Source: Lytechinus pictus (taxonomy: Eukaryota). From it: a DNA stretch of 64,000 nucleotides. Positions 39,690-52,107 of this stretch are shown in pieces (position 1 is the first letter of the stretch; the number at the start of each line of letters is the position of its first letter). The notes under the pieces are model-generated. The model was given only the letters and a program-made list of their open reading frames with translations, made no database searches and had not been told where the DNA came from. The translations under genes were made by a program, and so were the position numbers. The DNA lies in NCBI RefSeq assembly GCF_037042905.1, contig NC_087250.1:4962001-5026000 (forward strand), in the 5' to 3' direction.

Positions 39690-41780
39690 ACATGTACATG
39701 CCGCCGTGTACAGGAAAATCGCAGGTACAGCACATGCAACACTTGCACTGGATCGCGCAAATTTAAAGAATATATTTCTTAGATTTTAACTAGAATAACA
39801 TTATTCTACAAAACTTACTGAACGATATGAATCAAATTTCTGCTTATTTTCTTGAAATACTACATTTAAGTGCTTATTTCTCTTCTCGTTGACGAATTAT
39901 GGAGTTAACTCGCATTTCCCGATTTTTTCATCTAAAGTAAAGAGGGCGCGAGATTCATGTTCATATCAAACACACTACAAGGGAAAGACTACGCACTTCA
40001 AGTATTTCATGTACACGCGTAAATCGATGCAAAGCAATACGCGAAGTCTGCAAAGTGTCCAATCTGTTTATTGTATAGACTTTGGTGGAACGTTTGTTGA
40101 CAAACGAACGGGGGGGGGTCTTTTTTTTTGGCAACAAGTCAATATGACTATTTTCGCCGTAACAGTTGCTCGCACTGTTGGCTTCGTTCAAGGCACATAT
40201 AATTTTTTTGTTTCATGTGTCATCATTTTGAATGTTTTCCAATAAGTTTTAACATTAGCAAAAATAATCTAAAAGTATTTTTTTAAAGTTTGGTGTCCAT
40301 ATTTCATCAATCATAGGAATTGCGCATACAATGAATTTAGATAAAGTACTGACGAGCTGAATTAAGGTTGTGAAATGTATTAGCGCCACCAATGACCTTC
40401 CTTTTATTTCTGTGGAAGAGACATGCGAAGCCGCTTTCCATGCCGAGGTAAGCGTTTATTATCAACAAATAATTTAAAAATTGAAAATGGATAGCCAGTC
40501 GCCGGAAAAAGCCCTGGTGAACATAGACCAAGGCAAAAGCTTTGGTCTCTGTTATGTTGGTTGTTCAGCTGAACTCCGTTGGCTTCACTCACCAAATACA
40601 GAGACCGAAGTTCTCGCGCGATCTGTACAGGGGACTCAATGGCCATATATGTTTATGTATATAAGTTCGGATAAAACAGGGATGTGAAGTTGCGCGACAG
40701 CCGAGGTAAGTCACTGTTTTTGTTCCTTTTAACTTGATTTTTCCCCGTTCTTTGGCAATTAATGCCAAGAGGGAATATTAATTTGCATTTCGGACGCGTT
40801 AATTTTAAAAAGTTTCATTCATTAAAGACAAAAATTGAAGAGCCCCGACGGGGGGATTTTGCACTGTAAGTCCCCTAATGGTGGCTGCACGATAGCGAGC
40901 CGTCTGTGTACGAGGAGAAATTAAAAAAATAAAAATAAATAAAAAAACTCCTCGAAACAGACGGCTGCCAGGCTCTATGTTGAACAGTGAACTGAATAGC
41001 AGAACGAGTTTCGGCAAACATGAATCCTGTTATAAAGTGATGTTAAGTGACAACTCAAAAATCAATTGACATTGTGTAATCACGTTCGTAATGCAAGGTG
41101 AGTTTAATATTACTAACCTCGCAATACGTGTGAGTGGCTAGGCCAAACATAGACACCAATTAAATGCAATAACTTAAAAAACGTACCGGCGGTAGGACTA
41201 GGATCTACTTATTTTTGCTGACGATACTGTTTGGAAAACATTCAAAGCGATGACAAATTTAACATTAAATTTAAAAATAGAAAATTCTTCGGGCCTTGAA
41301 ATGAATAACATAAAAATCAATCGGCATCAATCATCAATCAAATAACACACAAACAAACACATATTGGATTAGGAGCTGCCGAGCCTGCTAACTCGCCACC
41401 GCACCAAAATAAATTACAAATTGTATGGTTTCCCGAACCCGGATCTAGTACTAGTAGTAACGGTCACCTAACGGTACCCCGGCGCTGCCGCTCCGCAGCA
41501 CTCCACGACCACGGGCAACGCCAACCTCTCGCTCTCAAAATCGGTCAATAATCCCGCCTTCTTTGCAAGATAGACACACAAAATCAACCATCAAAACTCA
41601 AATCAAACGTTCTTTATATATTATTTAAGGGAATGAGGGTTACAACTCACCAAAAAAAAATATCAAAGGGTAGAAATCCGAGTTATTATTCCACTGACAG
41701 GTGAGTGACTAGCTGTCCAAATTCACTATAGACGTTCGCATAATCGACACTCAACAGGAGAGGGCGATAGACCACAGTGT
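39690..41780. promoter_or_regulatory. CpG-retaining, promoter-like region
   Basis: CpG dinucleotides are visibly common here (e.g. 41380-41560), in contrast with the CpG-poor, CATG-rich intronic DNA to the left. Judged by eye. Confidence 0.45.
41651..41770 (-). other. putative first (non-coding) exon / TSS region of the delta-catenin-like gene
   Basis: Minus-strand donor TTG|gtgagt at 41651 inside a CpG-retaining region. The upstream boundary is approximate. Confidence 0.45.
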
Positions 41781-42351
41781 GAAAACATACATAAGACAGG
41801 ATTTTGTATCATGACTTACTTTATACTCATAAAAAAAAAAAATAATAATAATTTGTTAGGCCTATAGCTTTTTCGCGAACGGGTATGTAGGCATAATTAT
41901 GACAATGCAATGCCCTGTATTTTTTGCTTACTTGTTAAATGTTCGGCTATGCATTGTCGACAAATTTTACGCTGATTGATTGATTGATTGATTCACTCAT
42001 TCATTCATTCATTCACTCATTCATTCATAAAGAATTTTGGCCTATACAAAAAAATTACAAAGTAAAGTGAAATTTAATCCGGCCTAGATGATAAGGCCTA
42101 ATGGAGTAAAAAAAAATTAATAAGCAAAGTAAAAATTATGGTGGAAATTCCAATGCTGGTCGACCGTTTAAAATGAAGGAGATGGGGGATGATGTAAGGC
42201 CCCAAGACCCCTCCGTCTGTACGCCGGTGCAGATAATACTTTATGAGGAAGCGATGAGAGACAACGTGATAGAATTTTCCAATACAAGCTACGAGTGTAA
42301 CAAAATACAAATTTATAACATGCTGTAGCCATACAAAAGGATGCTTATGAC

Positions 42352-43580
42352 GGCATTTGTTTCCTAATACTACAAGTAGCCTCACTATATGTTTTCATAT
42401 AATTTTCAAAACCGGGGGAGGGGGGGCTAATGCTCACACCCCTTCCCTATACTCCTGTTGCCACCTACAACCTTAGTCAAAACCATTTCTCTCTGGAGAT
42501 AAACCCTATAATATCGTTTTTAAATTGGAAAGGCTTTCATTTTTGTTTCTTCTGGCATTTGTTTCCTAATACTATACAAGTAGCCTCACTATATGTTTTC
42601 ATATAATTTTCAAAACCGGGGGAGGGGGGGCTAATGCTCACACCCCTTCCCTATACTCCTGTTGCCACCTACAACCTTAGTCAAAACCATTTCTCTCTGG
42701 AGATAAACCCTATAATATCGTTTTTAAATTGGAAAGGCTTTCATTTTTGTTTCTTCTGGCATTTGTTTCCTAATACTATACAAGTAGCCTCACTATATGT
42801 TTTCATATAATTTTCAAAACCGGGGGAGGGGGGGCTAATGCTCACACCCCTTCCCTATACTCCTGTTGCCACCTACAACCTTAGTCAAAACCATTTCTCT
42901 CTGGAGATAAACCCTATAATATCGTTTTTAAATTGGAAAGGCTTTCATTTTTGTTTCTTCTGGCATTTGTTTCCTAATACTATACAAGTAGCCTCACTAT
43001 ATGTTTTCATATAATTTTCAAAACCGGGGGAGGGGGGGCTAATGCTCACACCCCTTCCCTATACTCCTGTTGCCACCTACAACCTTAGTCAAAACCATTT
43101 CTCTCTGGAGATAAACCCTATAATATCGTTTTTAAATTGGAAAGGCTTTCATTTTTGTTTCTTCTGGCATTTGTTTCCTAATACTATACAAGTAGCCTCA
43201 CTATATGTTTTCATATAATTTTCAAAACCGGGGGAGGGGGGGGGGGGCTAATGCTCACACCCCTTCCCTATACTCCTGTTGCCACCTACAACCTTAGTCA
43301 AAACCATTTCTCTCTGGAGATAAACCCTATAATATCGTTTTTAAATTGGAAAGGCTTTCATTTTTGTTTCTTCTGGCATTTGTTTCCTAATACTATACAA
43401 GTAGCCTCACTATATGTTTTCATATAATTTTCAAAACCGGGGGAGGGGGGGCTAATGCTCACACCCCTTCCCTATACTCATGTTGCCACCTAAACCCCCG
43501 CCTAAACCTTAGTCAAAACCATTTTCACCTCTCTGGAGATAAACCTCTAATCGTTTTTAAATTGGAAAGGCTTTCATTTT
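42352..43580. repeat. tandem array of six ~204-bp units
   Basis: ggcatttgtttcctaatact starts at 42352, 42554, 42758, 42962, 43166 and 43375. Internal units are essentially identical. Confidence 0.97.
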
Positions 43581-43654
43581 TCTTCTTTTGAACGTGTTGT
43601 CCTGTTTGATTTTAAGAAAAAAAGTCGTTTTGGTGGATTTTTCTTCATAACGTA

Positions 43655-44478
43655 CACTGTAAAAAAAATTAGTAGAAATTACTTAATAAAATTGTGGCAA
43701 AAATTTGCCATAATTTTTTCAAGTATTTATGACTTTGGCAGTTTTAAGTAAAATTTACTTATTTTCTTTGCTTCCATTTTACTCAAAAGATTTAGTTACA
43801 ATAACTTAATTCAATTAAGTAAAACAATCACTAAAATATTTGAAAATATCAAATGGGGGAGTGGATGAACTTTCGTGATTCGAAAGTCCGCTCCCCCATC
43901 GTCCCACTTTTGGTGGCATCATTTTCATTTTATACATGTTTTATCCAAATATTAGACTTTGTGAATTGTCACTTACCTGTACATGTATAGGTACTGACAT
44001 TGATATTTATACGCGATCGTTTCATTCTTACAAATAAAACAGTGAGAATAATTTTCTGCTAAATGACTATTTAATGTTGCCTTTTCTTTGATTCAACAAA
44101 AGAATACAATAGTTAGCACACCCTTATCCAAAACAATTTCAAACACAAATAGAAATGACAGTTATAAAAAAAAAACACATTTACTTGCTCTAATGAATAT
44201 TCATGCATTATTTAAATATGGCGTTAATTTAAAATATAAGTACATTCAACATGATTTTATAAGTAATAATCATCTTTGCCTAATTGAGTTAGATTTACTC
44301 AATCAAAGCAAGCTATCAATACGTGAATTTTCTTAAATGTATATTGAACCCAAATAAATCAAGTAAATTAAAAGACAAGTTGAAACTACTTAAAAACAAC
44401 GAAAAATAATTACAAATTGTAAATTCTACTTAAATACATTAAGTGTTAACTACTGATTCATTTTTTTTTTTTACAGTG
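43655..44478. mobile_element. CACTA/EnSpm-like non-autonomous element
   Basis: ta|cactgtaaaaaaaa ... ttttttttacagtg|ta. Confidence 0.75.
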
Positions 44479-45275
44479 TAGGCCCAATATAATTTAATAA
44501 TGGTAATAATATTAATCCGGACGGCGTTGTTACTTAATAAATATATTGGATATTTTGGTTGGATCCGTAGGTTTTATTAAAATCTATATGTACTTTTTTC
44601 TCTCGGGGGGGGGGGGGGGATCTCATGACCCTGAAAATCAGCTTTTTTTTTTGCTTGCTTGTCATTTTTTTTCGAAACCATCACCCCTATTCAAAACAAA
44701 GGGCCTTGGGAGATCGAGGGGCAAAATTTACGCTGGCTGCATGTACCCCCCCCCCCCCCACCCGCTCCATTCCCTACATCCCCCTTTAATTATTCGTCCA
44801 TCTCTATACTACTATATTAATTTTCCCCTTCTTAATCGGTATCATAGAGAGGTGGAGAGATATAATATTAACATGCAGAGGATGTACCAATGCTAATTCT
44901 GGAGATTATATGATTTCTAATGGTAGAGGGCGGTAGACCTGATCGAGAGAAGGTAGAAAGTAAGGAGGTAGATCCAAGTGGTTGACACAAGCATAAGTAA
45001 CGTAATGATTATTTATTTAAAAAAAAAAGATATGGGAGGGCGACACATCATGGCGTAAGACATATTTCTTCCCGAGGAAAAAAAAAAGAAAGTAAATTCT
45101 AATGATATATATATAAAAGAAATTAATGATATTCCAAAAATAGCATCATAATTATTTAACCCTCTCCCTTTCCTTTTCTTTCTTTTTCTCCTATTTTCTC
45201 TCTCTTTTTCTTGGTCGTTGAACTTTTGGGGGCCCTGGCCCCCAATCTTTAAGTGTCAAGCAAGGTATGCCCATA

Positions 45276-46257
45276 GGGGAGCGTTTCATCAAAAATTTCA
45301 TCCGACAAGTTGTCATATCTGACAACTTTCCTCAAAGGGATAGTCCGGGCTGAAAATATTCATATCTAAACAAATAGAGTAGAATTCACATAGCAAAATG
45401 CTGAAAATTTCATCAAAATCGGATAACAAATAACGAAGTTATTGAATTTTAAATTTCATCAATATTTTGTAAAAACAGTTATATGTACATCGTCATGAAT
45501 ATTCATTAGGTGGGCTGATGATGTCACATAACCACTTTCCTTTTTCTTATTATGTTATTACATGAATCATAATTGTTTCATTTTTTTCATACATGTATAA
45601 ATGATGTGTTCAAGTTCAAGTTCAAGTTTTATTTCATTTCTCAACTCAATACAAGATAAGGAATAATTACACAGATATAAAATGATAACCGTACAAATCA
45701 ATACAAATGAATATACATTGCAAGCAATATGACTAAAGAAGAAAGTAAATAAATGTTTATGGTAAACACTAAATAACGTGATAATCATATTAACCAATAA
45801 CAATATATACAATGGAAATCCATTATGATGAAATAAGCTGTGGCAATAAATAATTAATGCACTTAATCAGTTTTCAATCCAATTGTTTTAGCTCTCGATA
45901 GATTTTTTTTTGAATAAACCTAATTTCATATAATAAAATACAAAAGATCAAGTGGGGATATGACATCATCAGCCCACGTACCTATAAAACCTAAATGAAC
46001 ATTCATGAAGACATGCCTATAGAACTGTTTCACCGGAACAATGCAAATCTTTAAAATGCAATAACTTCATTATTTGTTATCCAATTTTGATCAAATTTTC
46101 AGCATTTTTCTCTGTGAGTTTTACTATATTTATTGAGATATAAATATTTCCAGCCTGGACCATCCCTTTAATTTTGATTGGCTGAGAAGCACTGTTACTA
46201 TGACAATTCTCGGATAAAGCGTCAGACAAGTAATTTCAATTTCATGAAACACTCCCC
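45276..46257. mobile_element. nested insertions: MITE > Kolobok-like element (45336-46167) > retroelement 3' tail (~45609-45820, minus strand)
   Basis: Outer ggggagcgtttcat / atgaaacactcccc. Middle agggatagtccgggctg / cagcctggaccatccct|ttaa. Inner minus-strand AATAAA followed by a (CTTGAA)3 tail. Confidence 0.7.
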
Positions 46258-46263
46258 ATGCAC

Positions 46264-46504
46264 CACTAGCGTACCTACGGGGGGGTGGGGAGGGGGACAG
46301 GGGGGGGGGCACTCTGCCCCCCCTCCCTGACGAGCCACAACCCATACAAAATACATATCCCTGCCCCCCCTGACGAGCTTGAAGACCTTTATTGCCCCCC
46401 TGACGAGCTTGAAGACCTTTTTTTTTTTTTTTTTTTTTTTTGCTTGTCAATTTTTTTGGCGGCCGATTTTGCCCCCCCTGTGGAAATTCCTAGGTACGCC
46501 ACTG
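46264..46504. mobile_element. hAT-like MITE (8-bp TSD CCATGCAC)
   Basis: ccatgcac|cactagcgtaccta ... taggtacgccactg|ccatgcac. Confidence 0.85.
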
Positions 46505-47163
46505 CCATGCACGATTGATCCAATCAACCACAACTATGGAAAGCCAGCGACGTCAACATCTAAAACAAAATAACGTTTGTTTAAAATGTTCTCTAGATAT
46601 ATAAATGCAACGCATTATTACTGTTATTATCATTAGTAGTAGTAGTAGTAGAAGCAGTAGTCTATCATGTATATGATGTATATGCATGTACATTCATAGT
46701 TTTCTTGAAAATTTAGCGTGCTTCTTTTTGTTTTGAAAATGAATTGTGCAAATTTTCTGAAGAAAAATATGACGTTGATGGATTTCCATATACTTGAGGT
46801 TGATCAGATCAATCATAACTCTTTGTAAGACAAGACACAATAACAACAACAACAACACACACACAAACACCACACTCACAAAAAAACTTCCACAAATGGA
46901 TATGATGACATTTTTATGTATGCATTTATTTTTATGATTTCGTTAATTCATATACTCAGATGTATTCTTTTCACAATAATCCAGTTTCCTCCAATTCATT
47001 TCAAATTTTCCACGATTTTCCAACGGAAGAGTAAAGGTAAAAACTATAACACCAACAACAAAAAACGGCTCTATGACAATCATCTATATGTTCAAATATA
47101 TCATATATATATATGTGTTCAAATATATATTATATATATATAATATGATGCTGAATTATTTAC

Positions 47164-47205
<42 letters not shown>

Positions 47206-47651
47206 TAAAGTCCTTACGACACAAATCATGGTTTGGAATCCCAATTATTCCGGCTAATAGGTCTCCCAGTACAGACCTTCGATTAACACCCTCTTTTGTA
47301 AAGTAAAAATCTGTTCACCAGATTAATAGGCCTTTGCAAGTAAGTTATATTAGGCTTTAGGCCTATAGTGGCCTTATAGATTCCATTATAAGCACAAAAT
47401 TATAATCTCCGTCGAATAATGTCGATCCACCATGCTACTTGGTCCAGGCGCAGATCCAAGATCTTCGATCTGGCCAACACCATCAATAAAAAAGGGATGG
47501 GCTCTCACCCCCACCATGAAGCAAATTACTTTTTATGAGGAAATATGACAAGAAATAACTAAGAGAGAGGTTATCTCTTAAGAATGTGGTGACACCATGC
47601 CTATCATAAGCAAGGCGGTAACTTGCCACTATCCTAGCTCTTTACCCCTCT

Positions 47652-48075
47652 AAGCCCCCATCACACGTCTTATTCGGAATCAGCAGGAATCAAGCAGAAG
47701 CTGGAACGAAAAAAATATTTTAAAAAATCTAGAAATTCTTGAGAGGAACTTGTGAATTCACCAAACTGGAGTTGAAATTCAGTAAATTGACCAGGTGAAT
47801 CATCATACACTTGTCAAAATGAACCGCAATTGAGTCAGATTGATCGTGCTACACATTTGGACATTTTAGGCGCATTCTAAATATTCTGACTGCATTCGAA
47901 ATATTTTTTTCCCTTTCTTTTGGCCGTCCCGAAGGTTTTGGTCATGTTCAAAACATTCGAGGGGTATTCTCGAACGGTGTTTGAAGTAGATTCAAATGAC
48001 CAACTGGTGGTCGAACAATAGACCTTTCATTTCGGCCAATTCTGCTTGATTCGTAATAAGTGCGATGGGGGCTTA
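47652..48075. mobile_element. Harbinger-like MITE just 3' of the short ankyrin gene
   Basis: aagcccccatcacac..cttatt / aataagtgcgatgggggctt. Confidence 0.7.
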
Positions 48076-48157
48076 TCATCAATGACTACTACATTATCTA
48101 CGCCTCATCAGGTTTCGTTCCTTAGCTGACAAGGAACTTTTAAGACACAAGTCATCT

Positions 48158-48556
48158 TTATGCAGGCTTCGCTCCTTTGCTCAGAAGGAACTCTTCGACA
48201 TCCTGGTGCCCACCGGGCGAAGCGATCTGCACCGGTGTCTTTCCGAGCCAGTCGATCTTCTCAACCAACGCTCCCTGACCGGCAAGGTACTCCACGACAT
48301 CAAGATGACCTCCGTAGGCTGCGTGATGCAACGGTGAATTACCCCGACGGTCCTTGTCCTCGATCTCGACGCCGTGGCGGACCAGGTACTTCACGATGTC
48401 GAGGTGACCTCCTTGGGAGGAGATGTGGATCAGCTTCTCGCCGTCGGGGTCGGGGAGGCTGAGACATACTTCACGTGGGTCGGCGCCCTTCCCGCAGAAG
48501 AGGTCATTCAGTCGCTTGAGATCACCTTCCCTTGTGGCTTGAAAAACCAGGTTCAT
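48158..48556 (-). CDS. short ankyrin-repeat protein with an intronless ORF (N-cap + 3 ANK repeats, 132 aa)
   Basis: Clean GC-rich ORF with canonical ANK motifs LIHISSQGGHLDIVKYLV, SPLHHAAYGGHLDVVEYL and TPVQIASPGGHQDVEEFLL. Confidence 0.88.
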   Translation of the reverse strand: MNLVFQATREGDLKRLNDLFCGKGADPREVCLSLPDPDGEKLIHISSQGGHLDIVKYLVRHGVEIEDKDRRGNSPLHHAAYGGHLDVVEYLAGQGALVEKIDWLGKTPVQIASPGGHQDVEEFLLSKGAKPA

Positions 48557-48618
48557 GGTTCGATCGATAAAACAGTGTTAGTCACGTGTAAATTCAAAAG
48601 AAACCCCCAAAGAACGTG

Positions 48619-50160
48619 CCCAGGACCAAAATCCAGTTGAAACCAATTAGAGCAAAACCAATTGAAACCAGTTGGCCAACTGGTTTCAATAGGGAAATTG
48701 GAACAACTGGAACCAATTGGAAACCAGTTGCCAACTGGTTCCAGTTAAAACCAATTGGGCAACTGGAACCAGTTGGCAACTGGTTTCAATTGGTTCCAGT
48801 TCCAATTTCCCTATTAAAACCAGTTGAATCCAATTGGAGGTAACTGGTTTCAATTGGTTCCAGTTGAAACCAATTGGAGGCAACTGGTTTCAATTGGAAC
48901 CAGTTGAAACTAATTGGTTTCCAACTGGTTCCAATTGGAACTTCCAGTTGGAATGACTTAATTAGTAACAAATTAATTAGATTTTGCACTAACTATTGCT
49001 CATGCCAACAAAGAAGCAGTGCTATATGTTTATAATACTATTGTAAAGTGCATTGATAAAATAGACTTTCATAATATATATATATTAACATGAAAGATCT
49101 TCAAATATATGTATTTGTATTTGATGTAATTTGGTAACAGTTAGTGGTGTACTAATTATCTTATAATCTGTTTTAATTATAATCTATAACATTTATGAAC
49201 ATGGTTTTCACTGCTAAGCATTCTAAACACTTATCTGAAACAAGTATGGTACTTGAAATAGAGAAAAGAATTAAATAGATACATTTTAAATGATGATGAA
49301 TCACATAAAATATTAATCTGTGCACACTGGCAGATAATATGCAAATTAACTGGTTTCAATTGGAACCAGTTGGGTAACTGGAAAATTTCCAATTGGAAAC
49401 CAATTGGAAGTCATTTCCAGTTACCTAACTGGATCCAGTTAGGATTTCCAGTTACCCAACTGGTTCCAGTTAGGATTTCCAGATACCCAACTGGTTCCAG
49501 TTAGAAATCATTTCCAGTTGGAAGTCATTTCCAGTTACCCAACTGGTTCCAATTAGGATTTCCAGTTACCCAACTTGTTCCAGTTAGGATTTCCAGTTAC
49601 CCAACTGGTTCCAGTTAGGATTTCCAGTTACTCAACTGGTTCCAGTTAGAAATCATTTCCAGTTGGAAGTCATTTCCAGTTAACTGGTTCCAGTTAGGAT
49701 TTCCAGTTACCCAACTGGTTCCAGTTAGGATTTCCAGTTACTCAACTGGTTCCAGTTAGAAATCATTTCCAGTTGGAAGTCATTTCCAGTTACCCAACTG
49801 GTTCCAGTTAGGATTTCCAGTTACCCAACTGGTTCCAGTTAGAAATCATTTCCAGTTGGAAGTCATGTCCAGTTACCCAACTGGTTCCAGTTAGGATTTC
49901 CAGTTACCCAACTGGTTCCAGTTAGAAATCATTTCCAGTTGGAAGTCATTTCCAGTTACCCAACTGGTTCCAGTTAGGATTTCCAGTTGCCCAACGGGTT
50001 CCAGTTAGGATTTCCAGTTGCCCAACTGGTTTCAATTGGTTTCAACTGGAAATTGTTATATTAATTCCAGTTAAAACCAATTGAAACCAGTTGAAACCAA
50101 TTGAAACCAATTGAAACCAGTTGGAAATCCAACTGGTTTCAATTGGATTTTGGTCCTGGG
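48619..50160. mobile_element. 1542-bp CMC/EnSpm-like or foldback element with repetitive arms (2-bp TSD TG)
   Basis: tg|cccaggaccaaaatccagttgaaacca ... tggtttcaattggattttggtcctggg|tg. Arms are built from CCAGTT/AACTGG/CCAATTGG motifs. Confidence 0.88.
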
Positions 50161-51404
50161 TGGAGTTGTGGTGTTCAGTACATTAAACACTTGCGAATTA
50201 AAAGAGCCCTTTTTTAATTCACAGATTATACAAATTCTCTGATTAAGGACAGTATAATCATTAGTATCTAGATGGCCATCCTACTCTTCTTCGTTGAATA
50301 ACGAATGAGTGAAATGGCAGTTGGCGTAGTCCTTCACCGACTCGATAGCACAGCCTACGAAGAAAACAGAAAAGAAATTTTAAGGGTAAAGGAAAGTGGT
50401 TGAAACTTATCCGGTATGTGAAAATGATTCTTTATAAAATTAGAACTGTGCCTATATAGTTACTTTAATTCATTCACGAATCGGACTGTTGTTAGTATAC
50501 TGACAATTTCAGTATCAACACTAAAATGTAAGACTCGATCCATCCGGATTTGAAAGGTGACTTTCAGAGTACTGTGAACTTGGTGCAATAAGAAACCACG
50601 ACTTCACAGGGCCTCGTTGGCCTATCAGGGACAGTTCTAGACAAATGCACTCTGCCAAAGATTGGTAGGACTATTTGGTACCATTACAAGTACCACTCTG
50701 TCAAATTAGTTGCATTATCCTTGCTCAAGATTTTCCAGAAAAAAAATCTTTGAATAAATGGAATGTCCTAAACATACCAATATAATCAATTAAAGACCGA
50801 TCGAGGCTGATTCAGTGTTGCTGATATTAGATTGCCAGCACTATTCCCTATTCATGACGATACTATCGCAGAATGACGTATGGTCTTGTGAGGTAGAAGT
50901 TGTCGTGCGAGATGATTTTAGAATTCTACTCTGTTCACCGTATATTTGCATCTGTTATTTCGATCCCTGAACTCCATGTGGTGTCGCGGAGTAAATACAC
51001 AGCGGGTCGATACCACACAAAGCTCAACATGTAATATGACAAACCTAATATGATTATCAATTCATACCAGGGAAATTGTTCCCATTATTGTAATTTGCAT
51101 ATTCACCTTTGAACTTCATATACAGCTCAACAATAAGTTTCGTATTTACTTAATGATTATTATGTTTGCACACTGTATTGATTCTAAAAATGGCAAACAT
51201 GATGGGGGGGGGGGGGGGGGGGTCAAATATTAGCCTTTAGAGACCGGCTAGGTTAGAGGAGAGATGGATGTGCATTGCCTCTTGAATGTGTTTCTTTTCT
51301 CTCTTTCTTACTCTCTCCCTCTCTCTAATATAACTGTTCTATATCGTTAGTACTCTGTTTATCATGCTTCTCTTTCTTAATGTCTTACTCCCTTCTTTTC
51401 TTAA

Positions 51405-52107
51405 AGGTCAAGTCCACCCCAGAAAATGTTGATTTGAATAAATCAAACTGGCATAACGCTGAAAATTTCATCAAAATCGGATGTAAAATTAGAAAATTAT
51501 GACATTTTAAAGTTTCGCTTATTTGTCACAAAACAGTGATATGCACAACTCTGTGACATGCAAATGAGACAGTCGATGATGTCCCTCACTCACTATTTCT
51601 TTCATTTTTTTTTTATTGTTTGAATTAAAAAATATTTAATTTTTTTTAAGTTTCGCTTATTTTTCACAAAACAGTGATACACACAACTCAGTGACTTGCA
51701 AATGAGACAGTCGATGATGTCCCTCACTTACTATTTCTTTCATTTTTTTTTATTGTTTGAATTAAAACATATTTCATTTTTTTACACATTTGACAATAAG
51801 GACCAACTTGACTGAACCATAAAACATCAAACAATGCTACTTCCACATGTTCAGGGAGGAACTAATCGTTGTTTCACTTGACAATGAGGAGAAAATTGGA
51901 ATATTTCATATTTCATTTAATTAAAATACAAAACGAATAGTGAGTGGATGATGTCATCAGTCTCCTCATTTGTATACCGACCACGAAACTTTTAAATGTC
52001 ATACGGTATCTTTCTTATTTTACATTTGATTTAGATGAAATTTTCAGTGTTATGCTTGTTGGATTTTTCTCTTTTTATTCAATTCAAATTTTTGTTGGGG
52101 TGGATTT
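51405..52107. mobile_element. Kolobok-like family A copy 2 with an internal tandem duplication of about 140 bp
   Basis: Starts ttaa|aggtcaagtccacccc and is collinear with 1083-1699. Segment ~51510-51650 is repeated at ~51650-51780. Confidence 0.8.

Noticed and set aside
42352..43580. Regularly spaced repeats as a CRISPR-like array
   Set aside because: Whole units are identical with no unique spacers, there are no cas genes, and the context is eukaryotic.
48160..48640. Plus-strand ORFs overlapping the short ankyrin gene
   Set aside because: Antisense shadows of a GC-rich coding sequence.
48594..48989. Several overlapping ORFs rich in PIG/NW/QL
   Set aside because: They lie in the repetitive arm of the 48619-50160 element and have no domain signature.
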